Positions 1 to 9,104 of a stretch of DNA of 29,223 nt are shown here, in pieces. A program made the translations under genes and the position numbers. The number at the start of each line of letters is the position of its first letter. Within the stretch, counting starts at the first letter, position 1. The notes under the pieces were generated by a model. It had not been told where the DNA came from. It did not search any database and saw nothing but the letters and a program-made list of their open reading frames with translations. The DNA comes from a virus (taxonomy: Duplodnaviria; Caudoviricetes), in the IMG/VR virus record IMGVR_UViG_3300017756_000069, positions 1 through 29,223 of that record; one strand, 5' to 3'.

Positions 1-2
1 AA

Positions 3-10
3 GTGATTAT
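3..10 (+). promoter_or_regulatory. Putative phage promoter element GTGATTAT (GTRATWWT copy 1)
   Basis: Similar octamer lies 20-32 nt upstream of module-leading ATGs at 6330, 19153 and 28825; short AT-rich motif, so chance is not excluded. Confidence 0.4.
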
Positions 11-42
11 TTAACATATATATAACCAATAAATTATAAATT

Positions 43-402
43 ATGAATATGAGTTACGAGTGGGCGATTACGGCTATGAAAAAAGCACCCACGTTAGACG
101 GATTGTCAAATGTAATCACACACATTAATTTTAAATATACAGGAACAGACGCTGATTCAGGTCATGTAGCTATATTTAATGGCGCTTGTCCATTAGAAAC
201 CCCGGAGGAAGGTGCTGAGTTTATAGAACTAGCAGATCTTGCTGAAGCTAAAGTTATTGAATGGGCAAAAGCAGCGCATCCAACAAACCACATGAATCAA
301 GTCATTGCAGAAGAAATTAATAGCAGAATAACACCAACGAATGTAGAGGTGACTGGAGAAGAATTATCTTTTCTTGCGCCGCCCGCAGAAAGTGAAGAAT
401 AA
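43..402 (+). CDS. Hypothetical phage protein, 119 aa (start may be ATG at 49)
   Basis: Clean ORF with A/T-rich leader; pattern YEWAI..M...PT.DGL.NVI..I.F.Y.G resembles small proteins common near tail-fibre genes of aquatic phages; function not assignable. Confidence 0.8.
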   Translation: MNMSYEWAITAMKKAPTLDGLSNVITHINFKYTGTDADSGHVAIFNGACPLETPEEGAEFIELADLAEAKVIEWAKAAHPTNHMNQVIAEEINSRITPTNVEVTGEELSFLAPPAESEE

Positions 403-434
403 ATAACTATTAACCACAATTAAATTAAATTATT

Positions 435-683
435 ATGTCAAAAATTAAAAAGAAAGAGCTACAAGCTCTTCAAGAAGTAGTAAATAGAATACAATCAATA
501 CAATCTCAGTTAGGTTTATACGAAATAGAAAAACACGCTTTGTTGCATGAAATGGTTACAGCTAGACAACAAGTTCAAGCGCAACAAGCCGATTTAGAAG
601 AAAAATATGGTAAAGTTTCTATTGATGTAAAAACTGGTGAGTATAAAGAAATAGAGGAAGATGAAACTAATAAGGAAGATTAG
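435..683 (+). CDS. Small coiled-coil protein, 82 aa
   Basis: Q/E/L heptad-like helix followed by KYGKVSIDVKTGEY hairpin-like tail; overlaps the next gene by 23 nt. Confidence 0.8.
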   Translation: MSKIKKKELQALQEVVNRIQSIQSQLGLYEIEKHALLHEMVTARQQVQAQQADLEEKYGKVSIDVKTGEYKEIEEDETNKED

Positions 684-879
684 TATAGGCAGAGACTATA
701 AAAATGAAGCTATGCACTATGCTGTTGGGCAAGAAGTTTACGGTGGGCACTCTATACATCAAATAGTTGAAGAAGAAAAAAAGTATTCTGTATACATAGA
801 AAAAAATAACGAGGTTTTACCTTGGAAAGATTTTAATAAAAATATGGCAATAGCCGTAGAATATAATTTAGAATATTAA
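661..879 (+). CDS. Hypothetical protein, 72 aa, small beta-rich domain
   Basis: Stop overlaps next start (TAATG at 877-881), indicating translational coupling. Confidence 0.8.
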   Translation: MKLIRKISIGRDYKNEAMHYAVGQEVYGGHSIHQIVEEEKKYSVYIEKNNEVLPWKDFNKNMAIAVEYNLEY

Positions 880-1475
880 TGCGTAGTCCTTTTAACTTTA
901 TAGTAAAGCCAAAAGAAAAAAGGAGCACGTCTACTAAAAAAATAAAAGATAAAGAGCTTATATTAAACACAGAGCTACAAAATCATTTATATGTAAGTAG
1001 ACACGGTATTGTTTTAGAAACTCCTGTGTTAGAAAAAACTAACGTTAAAAAAGGAGATGAAGTAATAATACATCATAATGTTTTTAGAAGGTTTTATGAT
1101 GTTAAGGGTAATGAGAAAAACAGTAAAAGTTTTTTTGATGAAGAAGTTTTTTTTGCTAGCCCTGATCAAATATTTTTATACAAAAGAAACAAAGACTGGA
1201 AACCTGTAAAAGGTTATTGTTTTGTAAAACCTATAAAAAATGATGATATTTTTTCTGATAGCAAAGAAAAACCTTTAGTTGGTATAATGAAATACCCCGA
1301 TGAAGAGTTAATTAAAAACGGAATAAAGTCTGGTTTTAAAGTAGGTTTTAAACCTAGATCAGAATATGAGTTTATTGTTAACGGTGAAAAACTTTATAGG
1401 GTTAAATCTAATTTAATAACAATAAAATATGAACATAAAGGAAACGAAGTCGAGTATAATCCAAGCTGGCTATAG
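879..1475 (+). CDS. GroES/Cpn10-like co-chaperonin with two tandem GroES-like units
   Basis: Unit 1: MRSPFNFIVKP..mobile-loop-like segment..GIVLETP..VKKGDEVII; unit 2 from W107: KPVKGYCFVKP..GIMKY..GIKSGFKVGF..EFIVNGEKLYRVKSNLI; both follow the GroES pattern. Confidence 0.65.
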   Translation: MRSPFNFIVKPKEKRSTSTKKIKDKELILNTELQNHLYVSRHGIVLETPVLEKTNVKKGDEVIIHHNVFRRFYDVKGNEKNSKSFFDEEVFFASPDQIFLYKRNKDWKPVKGYCFVKPIKNDDIFSDSKEKPLVGIMKYPDEELIKNGIKSGFKVGFKPRSEYEFIVNGEKLYRVKSNLITIKYEHKGNEVEYNPSWL

Positions 1476-1701
1476 AGCTGTTGAAGAATTAATAAAAGTA
1501 GCTAAAGAACCTATAGTTGAAACTGAAGATGATGTTTCTGCTGATAGATTAAAAAATGCTGCAGCAACAAAAAAGTTAGCTATATTTGATGCTTTTGAAA
1601 TACTAAACAGGATTCAAGAAGAAAAATCTTTGCTAGAAAACAAACCTATAGAAAAGAAAACTGAAGCTTTTAAAGGTTTTGCAGAAAGAAGAAGCAAATA
1701 A
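1429..1701 (+). CDS. Putative terminase small subunit, 90 aa helical protein
   Basis: Immediately upstream of and coupled (TAATG at 1699-1703) to terL; helical with basic C-terminus FAERRSK; function assigned by position only. Confidence 0.5.
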   Translation: MNIKETKSSIIQAGYRAVEELIKVAKEPIVETEDDVSADRLKNAAATKKLAIFDAFEILNRIQEEKSLLENKPIEKKTEAFKGFAERRSK

Positions 1702-3914
1702 TGTACAAACAAAGTTTATATAGAATAATAAATCCTGTTAAGATAAACAAGTTAAAGAGATTTAATAAATCTAAAAGGTGGGAGTATGGCTACAATAAAG
1801 AAGAAGATCTAGTAATTATAAGTAAGACAGGTCAAATAGGAGATGTGTATAGCATACAAAACTTAAACATAGCTTTACCACCTATGCCTAAAATAAACAA
1901 GCAAGACAACAAGTGGGTTAAAAAAGAATACCCTAAAGAGCTTAGCAGAATAAAAACTATATTTGATTGGAAGACTTACCCAGATGATTTTAAACAAAAC
2001 TGGGAGCCGTATATAGATGAAGAATTTAAAAGACGTGACGAAGGGTATTGGTTCTACAATAAAGATGAGCCTACTTATGTTACTGGTACTCATTACATGT
2101 ACTTGCAGTGGACCAAGATTGATGTTGGGGCCCCTGAATTTAGAGAAGCAAATAGATTATTCTTTATATTCTGGGAAGCTTGCAAGGCAGACAGCCGCTG
2201 TTATGGAATGTGCTATCTTAAAAACAGACGATCCGGATTTTCTTTTATGGCGTCATCAGAAACAGTTAACTGGGCAACAATTTCATCTGATTCACGGTTT
2301 GGTATATTGTCCAAATCTGGGGCCGATGCTAAGAAAATGTTTACCGATAAAGTTGTACCAATATCAGTCAACTACCCTTTTTTCTTTAAACCAATACAAG
2401 ACGGTATGGATCGTCCCAAAACCGAACTTGCATATAGAGTACCCGCATCAAAGCTCACGCGTAAATCTATACAGTCAGGGCAGACGAGGGAAGAGCTTGA
2501 AGGACTTGATACAACAATCGACTGGAAGAACACGGGCGATAACTCCTACGACGGTGAGAAACTTAAACTCCTTGTACATGACGAATCGGGTAAATGGGAA
2601 CGGCCGGACAACATCCTCAACAACTGGCGGGTCACGAAGACAACGTTGAGACTAGGTAGTAGAATTATAGGTAAGTGTATGATGGGATCTACGAGCAATG
2701 CTCTAGACAAAGGTGGTGATAATTTTAAAAAGCTTTATTATGATTCAGACGTCACTAAAAGAAACCGCAATGGACAGACTCGCTCAGGACTATATAGTTT
2801 GTTTATACCTATGGAATGGAACTACGAAGGATTCATTGATTCTTATGGAGTACCTGTATTCGACACTCCAAAAAAAGAAGTTAAAGGTCCTTATGGGGAA
2901 AGCATAGATATAGGTGTTATAGAGCACTGGGATAATGAAGTAGACGGTTTAAGAGGTGATCAAGACGCTTTAAACGAATATTACAGACAGTTTCCGCGTA
3001 CAGAAGAACACGCGTTTAGAGATGAAACTAAAAACAGTATATTTAATTTAACAAAAATATACGAGCAAATAGATTACAACGAAGCTGTTGCAGATGGATT
3101 GATATCAAAAGGTAATTTTCAATGGAAAAACGGTGTTAAAGACACTGAAGTTGTTTTTATGCCAAATGATCAAGGTAGATTTTTAATATCGTGGGTACCA
3201 GATTTATCTATACAAAACAATGTTATACTTAAAAATGGCATGAAAAAACCTGGTAACGAGCATATTGGAGCTTTTGGTTGTGATAGTTACGATATATCAG
3301 GCACAACCGACGGTAGAGGATCAAAAGGCGCTTTGCACGGACTAACAAGGTTTAGCATGGAAAACGCACCTGCTAACTCATTTTTTTTAGAATATATAGC
3401 TAGACCTCAAACTTCTGAAATATTTTTTGAAGATGTACTTATGGCTTGTATATTTTACGGCATGCCTATACTAGCAGAAAATAACAAACCTAGACTTTTG
3501 TATTATTTTAAAAGAAGAGGTTACAGAGGTTTTAGTATGAATAGACCTGATAAAACCTGGAATAAACTATCGGTTGCAGAAAAAGAAATTGGTGGTATAC
3601 CTAACACAAGCGAAGACATCAAACAGTCTCACGCGGCCGCTATAGAAATGTATATAGAGAACCACGTAGGTCATATTAAAGAAGGTACTTACGGTAATAT
3701 ATATTTCAATAAAACATTAAACGATTGGGCTAGATTTGATATAAATAAAAGAACAAAGTTTGACGCTGCAATTAGCTCGGGATTAGCTATAATGGCATGT
3801 AACAAACATATGTATAGTCCAAAAAGTAGTTATAATAAAGACAAAGTAAATTTAAGTATCGCGAGATACCAGAACAAAGGAACAAGATCAAAACTAATAA
3901 ATAATTATGGCTGA
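1701..3914 (+). CDS. terL: Terminase large subunit
   Basis: Walker A-like LKNRRSGFS (K174), Walker B LLVHDESGK (D294/E295), motif III-like MGST, RNase H-like nuclease GAFGCDSYD (D528) and KFDAAIS; precedes the portal. Confidence 0.95.
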   Translation: MYKQSLYRIINPVKINKLKRFNKSKRWEYGYNKEEDLVIISKTGQIGDVYSIQNLNIALPPMPKINKQDNKWVKKEYPKELSRIKTIFDWKTYPDDFKQNWEPYIDEEFKRRDEGYWFYNKDEPTYVTGTHYMYLQWTKIDVGAPEFREANRLFFIFWEACKADSRCYGMCYLKNRRSGFSFMASSETVNWATISSDSRFGILSKSGADAKKMFTDKVVPISVNYPFFFKPIQDGMDRPKTELAYRVPASKLTRKSIQSGQTREELEGLDTTIDWKNTGDNSYDGEKLKLLVHDESGKWERPDNILNNWRVTKTTLRLGSRIIGKCMMGSTSNALDKGGDNFKKLYYDSDVTKRNRNGQTRSGLYSLFIPMEWNYEGFIDSYGVPVFDTPKKEVKGPYGESIDIGVIEHWDNEVDGLRGDQDALNEYYRQFPRTEEHAFRDETKNSIFNLTKIYEQIDYNEAVADGLISKGNFQWKNGVKDTEVVFMPNDQGRFLISWVPDLSIQNNVILKNGMKKPGNEHIGAFGCDSYDISGTTDGRGSKGALHGLTRFSMENAPANSFFLEYIARPQTSEIFFEDVLMACIFYGMPILAENNKPRLLYYFKRRGYRGFSMNRPDKTWNKLSVAEKEIGGIPNTSEDIKQSHAAAIEMYIENHVGHIKEGTYGNIYFNKTLNDWARFDINKRTKFDAAISSGLAIMACNKHMYSPKSSYNKDKVNLSIARYQNKGTRSKLINNYG
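2017..2649 (+). CDS. Candidate overprinted gene in the +1 frame of terL; putative lipoprotein, 210 aa (alternative start 2065)
   Basis: 633 nt open alternate frame in AT-rich DNA; KMSLLMLLVLIT-C lipobox-like segment (Cys codon 2098-2100); terL codons avoid NTA before purines throughout; local GC rise. Confidence 0.55.
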   Translation: MKNLKDVTKGIGSTIKMSLLMLLVLITCTCSGPRLMLGPLNLEKQIDYSLYSGKLARQTAAVMECAILKTDDPDFLLWRHQKQLTGQQFHLIHGLVYCPNLGPMLRKCLPIKLYQYQSTTLFSLNQYKTVWIVPKPNLHIEYPHQSSRVNLYSQGRRGKSLKDLIQQSTGRTRAITPTTVRNLNSLYMTNRVNGNGRTTSSTTGGSRRQR

Positions 3915-6333
3915 GTCAGTTGTAAAAAGTTATTTTCCTAGTCAAATAGCTAGCGATTTAGAAAAAGTAACCGAAGAATACGGTTTAAAAGTTGCTAAAG
4001 CTATAGAACATGAGTGGTTTAAAAGAGACTCCGGTACTAATAGGTTTTATAACAATCAAAATACATTTCACAGAAGAAGATTGTACGCGCGAGGCGAACA
4101 GTCTATACAAAAATATAAAGATGAGTTATCTATAAACGGTGACTTATCTTATCTAAATCTAGACTGGAAACCAGTTCCAATTATATCGAAGTTTGTAGAT
4201 ATAGTTGTTAATGGTATTTCAGAAAGAACTTTTGACATAAAAGCTTTCTCACAAGATCCTTACGGTGTTCAAAAAAGAACAGACTACATGGAATCTTTAA
4301 TTAGAGACATGCAAACAAAAGAATTAAATAGCTTCGCTCAAGAAGCTTTTGGTATAAGTTTGTTTGAAACAGATCAAAACAGTTTACCAGAAAACAAAGA
4401 AGAGTTAGAGCTTCACATGCAGTTAGACTATAAAGAAGCTATAGAGATAGCTCAGGAGCAAGCTATAAATACAATACTAGAAGGAAACAGATATGAGTTG
4501 CTTAGAAAAAGACTAAATTACGACTTAACTGTTTTAGGTATTGGTTGTGCTAAAACATCATTTAATAAATCAGAAGGTATAAAAGTAGAGTATGTAGATC
4601 CTGCTGATATTATATTTTCTTATACAGAGTCACCTTACTTTGAAGATATATATTATGTGGGTGAAATAAAGACTGTACCTATTAATGAACTTAAGAAACA
4701 GTTTCCAGAATTAACAAACGAAGATTTAGAAGAAATAACTAAGCAAGGCGTACAAAATACAGACTTCTATCACAGAACTATAAACGAAACAAACAACATA
4801 GATAAAAACTCTGTGCAGTTATTGTATTTTAATTATAAAACCTACGCTAACGAAGTTTACAAAGTAAAACAGACAGCAACAGGTGCTTCTAAAATATTAA
4901 TAAAAGATGATACTTTTAATCCACCTGCAGAAGTTTTAGATCGTAACTTTGAAAAAATATCAAGATCTATAGAAGTTCTTTATGAAGGTGTTTTAGTTTT
5001 AGGTACAAATAAAATGCTAAAATGGGAGTTAGCTAAGAATATGATGAGACCTAAAAGCGACCACACTAAAGTCAAAATGAACTACAGTATAGTTGCTCCT
5101 AGAATGTACAAAGGTCGTATAGAGAGTTTAGTTAGTAGAATTATAGGTTTTGCTGACATGATTCAAATAACTCATTTAAAACTACAGCAAGTTTTATCTC
5201 GCATGGTGCCTGATGGTATATATTTAGATGCTGATGGTTTAGCTGAAATAGACTTAGGTAATGGAACTAACTACAACCCACAAGAGGCGTTAAATATGTT
5301 CTTTCAAACTGGTTCTGTTATAGGTAGATCATTTACGTCTGAAGGTGATATGAATCCAGGTAAAATACCTGTTCAAGAAATACAATCAGGTTCTGGTAAC
5401 AATAAAATATCATCTTTAATAACAACGTATAACTATTACATGCAGATGATACGTGATGTGACGGGATTAAATGAAGCTAGAGATGGTAGTATGCCTGACA
5501 AAAATGCTTTAGTTGGCGTACAAAAACTAGCAGCCGCTAATAGTAATACGGCTACAAGGCATATACTGCAAAGTGGTTTATTTTTAACAGCTGAAATAGC
5601 AGAAGCTTTGTCACTAAGAATATCTGACGTTTTAGAGTATAGTCCAACAAGAGAAGCTTTTATACAAGCTATAGGAGTTCACAACGTGGCTACGTTAGAT
5701 GATATATCTGACATGCACTTACATGACTTTGGTATATTTATAGATTTAGCTCCAGATGATGAGCAGCAAGCTATATTAGAAAATAATATTCAAATGGCAC
5801 TTAGCCAAGGTACTATAGATTTAGAAGATGCTATTGACGTTAGAGAAATTAAAAACGTTAAGCTTGCTAATCAATTGCTTAAAATAAAAAGAAAAAAGAA
5901 GCAAGAAAAAGATATGCAGATACAGCAAGCTAATATGCAAGCTCAAGCTGATGCAAACGTGCAAGCTCAACAAGCTGCTGCTCAACTAGAAGTTCAAAAA
6001 CAACAAGCTTTAGTTGGCGCGCAGGTTCAACTAGAACAAGCTAAATCAAATTTTGAATCACAAAGGCTTTCTGAAGAAGCTAAATTAAAGAAAGATTTGA
6101 TGGCTTATGAATTTCAAATTAATATGGCTTTGAAAAGCAAAGAAGCTGAAGTTCATAAAACAAAAGAGTCTTATAAAGAAAACAGAAAAGACGATAGAAC
6201 TAAAATACAAGCTTCACAACAAAGCCAACTTATAGAGCAAAGACAAAGAAACACCGGGCCAAAAAACTTTGAATCATCTGGCAACGATATACTAAGTGGT
6301 GATTTTGATTTAGGTTCGTTTGAACCCAGGTGA
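3907..6333 (+). CDS. Portal protein, 808 aa
   Basis: Directly after terL (8 nt overlap); podoviral portal-like segments PVPIISKFVDIVVNG and MIRDVTGLNEARDG, plus a long Q/A-rich C-terminal coiled coil (barrel). Confidence 0.9.
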   Translation: MAESVVKSYFPSQIASDLEKVTEEYGLKVAKAIEHEWFKRDSGTNRFYNNQNTFHRRRLYARGEQSIQKYKDELSINGDLSYLNLDWKPVPIISKFVDIVVNGISERTFDIKAFSQDPYGVQKRTDYMESLIRDMQTKELNSFAQEAFGISLFETDQNSLPENKEELELHMQLDYKEAIEIAQEQAINTILEGNRYELLRKRLNYDLTVLGIGCAKTSFNKSEGIKVEYVDPADIIFSYTESPYFEDIYYVGEIKTVPINELKKQFPELTNEDLEEITKQGVQNTDFYHRTINETNNIDKNSVQLLYFNYKTYANEVYKVKQTATGASKILIKDDTFNPPAEVLDRNFEKISRSIEVLYEGVLVLGTNKMLKWELAKNMMRPKSDHTKVKMNYSIVAPRMYKGRIESLVSRIIGFADMIQITHLKLQQVLSRMVPDGIYLDADGLAEIDLGNGTNYNPQEALNMFFQTGSVIGRSFTSEGDMNPGKIPVQEIQSGSGNNKISSLITTYNYYMQMIRDVTGLNEARDGSMPDKNALVGVQKLAAANSNTATRHILQSGLFLTAEIAEALSLRISDVLEYSPTREAFIQAIGVHNVATLDDISDMHLHDFGIFIDLAPDDEQQAILENNIQMALSQGTIDLEDAIDVREIKNVKLANQLLKIKRKKKQEKDMQIQQANMQAQADANVQAQQAAAQLEVQKQQALVGAQVQLEQAKSNFESQRLSEEAKLKKDLMAYEFQINMALKSKEAEVHKTKESYKENRKDDRTKIQASQQSQLIEQRQRNTGPKNFESSGNDILSGDFDLGSFEPR

Positions 6334-6337
6334 TAAT
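6330..6337 (+). promoter_or_regulatory. Putative phage promoter element GTGATAAT (copy 2) upstream of scaffold/capsid genes
   Basis: Overlaps the portal stop; 30 nt before ATG 6368. Confidence 0.4.
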
Positions 6338-6367
6338 AGTAAATGTATAATTATATAATATTTTATC

Positions 6368-7555
6368 ATGGAAAACCAAGAAAATGAGTCTGTAATTGAA
6401 GAGGTTGTAGACAAAACTACTGAGCAGACTTTAGAAAACGAAGTAGAAAAACCTCAAGAAGAAGTTGAAACTAAAGATCAAGAAAGTGTATCTAGCGTAG
6501 ACGAAGATGGTACTATTAAAATTGATCTAAGAAAATTAAACCAAGATCAACCTGAAAAAGCAGAAGTTGAAAGTGAACAAACTGAACCAGAGAAGGTTGA
6601 AGCTGAGCAAGCTGATACAGCTGAAGATCAGGTTTTAGAAGAAGTCACTGAAGAAGAAGTTCAAGAACAAGTTGAAGAGCTTCAAGAAAAGGTAGAAGAG
6701 GTTATAGCCGAAGCACAAGAAACAGGTGAACCTCTACCTGAAAATATACAAAAAGTAGTTGATTTCATGAATGAAACAGGTGGTAGCTTAGAAGATTATG
6801 TAAAGCTAAACACTGATTATTCTAGTCTAAATGACAAACAATTACTTAGAGAGTATTATGAAAATACTAAACCACACTTAGATAAAGAAGATATAGATAT
6901 ATTAATGGAAGACTTTTCTTACGATGAAGAGTTAGATGACGAAAAATCTGTAAGAAAATCTAAAATAGCTTTTAAAGAAGAAGTAGCTAAAGCTAAAAAT
7001 CATCTAGAATCTTTAAAGTCTGAGTATTACGAAGAAATTAAAGCTGGATCAAAATTGACACCTGATCAGCAAAAAGCAGTTGATTTTTTCAACCGCTATA
7101 ATAAAGAATCTGAAGAAGAGAATAAAGTTGCTAAAAATAAATCAAATGTTTTTTTACAAAAAACTAATAAAGTTTTTTCTGACAATTTCAAAGGTTTTGA
7201 ATATTCTGTTGGCGATAAAAAATATAGATTTAATGTTAAAAATGCTAGTGAAGTTAAGCAAACACAAAGTGATATAAACAATTTTGTTAAAAAGTTTTTA
7301 GCGGAAGACAGCACGATGGGTGATGCAAAAGGTTATCACAAGGCACTTTTTACAGCAATGAACGCGGATTCAATAGCTAATCATTTCTACGAGCAAGGCA
7401 AAGCTGATGCTATTAAAAATAGTGTAGCTAAGTCTAAAAACGTCGACATGGACCCTAGAGGTGTTCATGAACCTGTTACGGAAGCTGGTGGACTTAGAGT
7501 TAGAGCAATAAGCGGTGACGATTCTTCACGATTAAAAGTCAAAATAACAAAATAG
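6368..7555 (+). CDS. Putative capsid scaffolding protein, 395 aa
   Basis: Between portal and MCP; highly acidic low-complexity N-terminal ~120 aa, helical core, basic C-terminal tip (SSRLKVKITK). Confidence 0.65.
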   Translation: MENQENESVIEEVVDKTTEQTLENEVEKPQEEVETKDQESVSSVDEDGTIKIDLRKLNQDQPEKAEVESEQTEPEKVEAEQADTAEDQVLEEVTEEEVQEQVEELQEKVEEVIAEAQETGEPLPENIQKVVDFMNETGGSLEDYVKLNTDYSSLNDKQLLREYYENTKPHLDKEDIDILMEDFSYDEELDDEKSVRKSKIAFKEEVAKAKNHLESLKSEYYEEIKAGSKLTPDQQKAVDFFNRYNKESEEENKVAKNKSNVFLQKTNKVFSDNFKGFEYSVGDKKYRFNVKNASEVKQTQSDINNFVKKFLAEDSTMGDAKGYHKALFTAMNADSIANHFYEQGKADAIKNSVAKSKNVDMDPRGVHEPVTEAGGLRVRAISGDDSSRLKVKITK

Positions 7556-7578
7556 AATAACTTTAAAAAACTAAAAAT

Positions 7579-9024
7579 ATGAGTTTTGCAACTGGCGGCG
7601 CGTTTCCAGCTGGATTAACGCCCGCACCATCAAAAACTGTCTTCGATAAAAACTACCTAGCAATCGGTACTTCCGGAGACTTTGATTTTACAAAACAGTT
7701 CTTACCAGAAGTATATGAAAAAGAAGTTGAAAGATATGGAAACAGATCTATCTCTTCATTTCTACGTATGGTAGGTGCTGAAATGCCAATGGCTTCTGAC
7801 GAAGTCGTATGGTCTGAACAAGGTAGACTACACGTCGCTTATGATTCAGTAAAAGTTAAAACAAATAACGACGCTACAGATCACACTTTAGTTGTGCTTG
7901 ACAGTGGAGGATCTGCTCAAGGTCACGCTATCAGAGCTAACCAAACTATCATCGTATCTAAAGGTTTTGTAACTGTAAAAGCTTTCGTTACTTCTGTTGA
8001 CGCTGCAACTGGAGAGCTAGAGGCATACCCTCTAACTCAAGCTGACTGGCCTGCTTCATTCGTAGCTGGTACTAACCCAACCGACCTTAAAGTATTTGTT
8101 TATGGTTCTGAGTTTGGTAAAGGTGCTGCAGGAATGCAAAAGTCTATCGACGCTGGATTCCAAAAGTTTACTAACAGCCCAATTATCATTAAAGATAAAT
8201 ACTCAATCAATGGTTCTGACACTGCTCAGATCGGTTGGATCGAAGTAACTACTGAGCTTGGAACTTCTGGATATCTATGGTATCTAAAGTCAGAGCATGA
8301 AACTAGATTAAGATTTGAAGATTACCTAGAGATGTCTATGGTTGAAGCTGAGAAAGCAACTGAAACAATCACAGACGCTAACTCTCAAACTGTAAAAGGT
8401 ACTGAAGGTCTTTTTGCTGCCATCGAAAGCAGAGGTCTTGTTTTCAATGATCATGACTTTAACAACGGTACTGGTTTAACTGGTCTTGGTGAGTTTGATT
8501 CAATCTTACAAGAGCTTGATAAGCAGGGTGCTATTGAAGAAAACATGCTTTTCTTAGATAGAGGTACATCTTTAGCTATCGACAACATGCTAGCAAGAGC
8601 TAATTCTTACGGAACTGGCGGTACATCTTATGGTGTATTTGACAACTCTGAGGATATGGCACTTAATCTAGGATTTAGCGGTTTCCGCAGAGGTTCTTAT
8701 GACTTCTACAAAACTGACTGGAAATATTTGAATGATGCTGCTACTCGTGGTTTAACTGATGATATCGACGGTGTACTTGTGCCTGCTGGTGTTTCTACAG
8801 TTTACGACCAAACGCTTGGCAAAAACATTCAAAGACCATTCTTGCACGTACGCTACAGAGCTTCTGAAGCTGACGATAGAAGAATGAAGTCTTGGATCAC
8901 TGGTTCTGTTGGTGGTAACTACACTTCTGACATTGATGAGATGAACGTACACTTCTTGTCTGAAAGATGTCTATGTGTTCAAGGTGCTAACAACTTTGTA
9001 TTGTTGAAAGACACTGCAAGCTAA
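7579..9024 (+). CDS. Major capsid protein (HK97 fold inferred), 481 aa
   Basis: Position; motifs QFLPEVYEKEVERYGNR, WSEQGRLH, GTEGLFAAIESRG, GFRRGSYDFYKTDWKYLND; marked high-expression codon bias (ATC/TTC/AAC/GAC, GCT/ACT); followed by a terminator. Confidence 0.88.
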   Translation: MSFATGGAFPAGLTPAPSKTVFDKNYLAIGTSGDFDFTKQFLPEVYEKEVERYGNRSISSFLRMVGAEMPMASDEVVWSEQGRLHVAYDSVKVKTNNDATDHTLVVLDSGGSAQGHAIRANQTIIVSKGFVTVKAFVTSVDAATGELEAYPLTQADWPASFVAGTNPTDLKVFVYGSEFGKGAAGMQKSIDAGFQKFTNSPIIIKDKYSINGSDTAQIGWIEVTTELGTSGYLWYLKSEHETRLRFEDYLEMSMVEAEKATETITDANSQTVKGTEGLFAAIESRGLVFNDHDFNNGTGLTGLGEFDSILQELDKQGAIEENMLFLDRGTSLAIDNMLARANSYGTGGTSYGVFDNSEDMALNLGFSGFRRGSYDFYKTDWKYLNDAATRGLTDDIDGVLVPAGVSTVYDQTLGKNIQRPFLHVRYRASEADDRRMKSWITGSVGGNYTSDIDEMNVHFLSERCLCVQGANNFVLLKDTAS

Positions 9025-9037
9025 AAAGCAGAATAAA

Positions 9038-9082
9038 GTAAGATTACCCTCGATATAATTCGGGGGTAAATCTTACATTTTT
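9038..9082 (+). terminator. Intrinsic terminator after the major capsid gene
   Basis: GTAAGATTACCCTCGA-tataat-TCGGGGGTAAATCTTAC inverted repeat (one G-U pair, one bulge) followed by ATTTTT. Confidence 0.8.
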
Positions 9083-9104
9083 AATAATTTTATTATATCA
9101 TATC

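Noticed and set aside
2896-2903. GGGGAAAG in terL as a frameshift site
   Set aside because: Not phased as X_XXY_YYZ in the terL frame (GGG GAA AGC) and no downstream stem seen
2713-2907. Second +1-frame ORF in terL (64 aa)
   Set aside because: Short, GTG start, no signal or motif, length plausible by chance; revisit only if conserved with the 2017-2649 ORF
7080-7277. Alternate-frame 65 aa ORF in the scaffold gene
   Set aside because: TTG start, K/I/L-rich frame-shadow composition, no codon or GC anomaly
1701-9024. Introns or inteins in terL, portal or capsid genes
   Set aside because: ORFs are uninterrupted, of expected size, with no intein termini or homing endonuclease motifs seen
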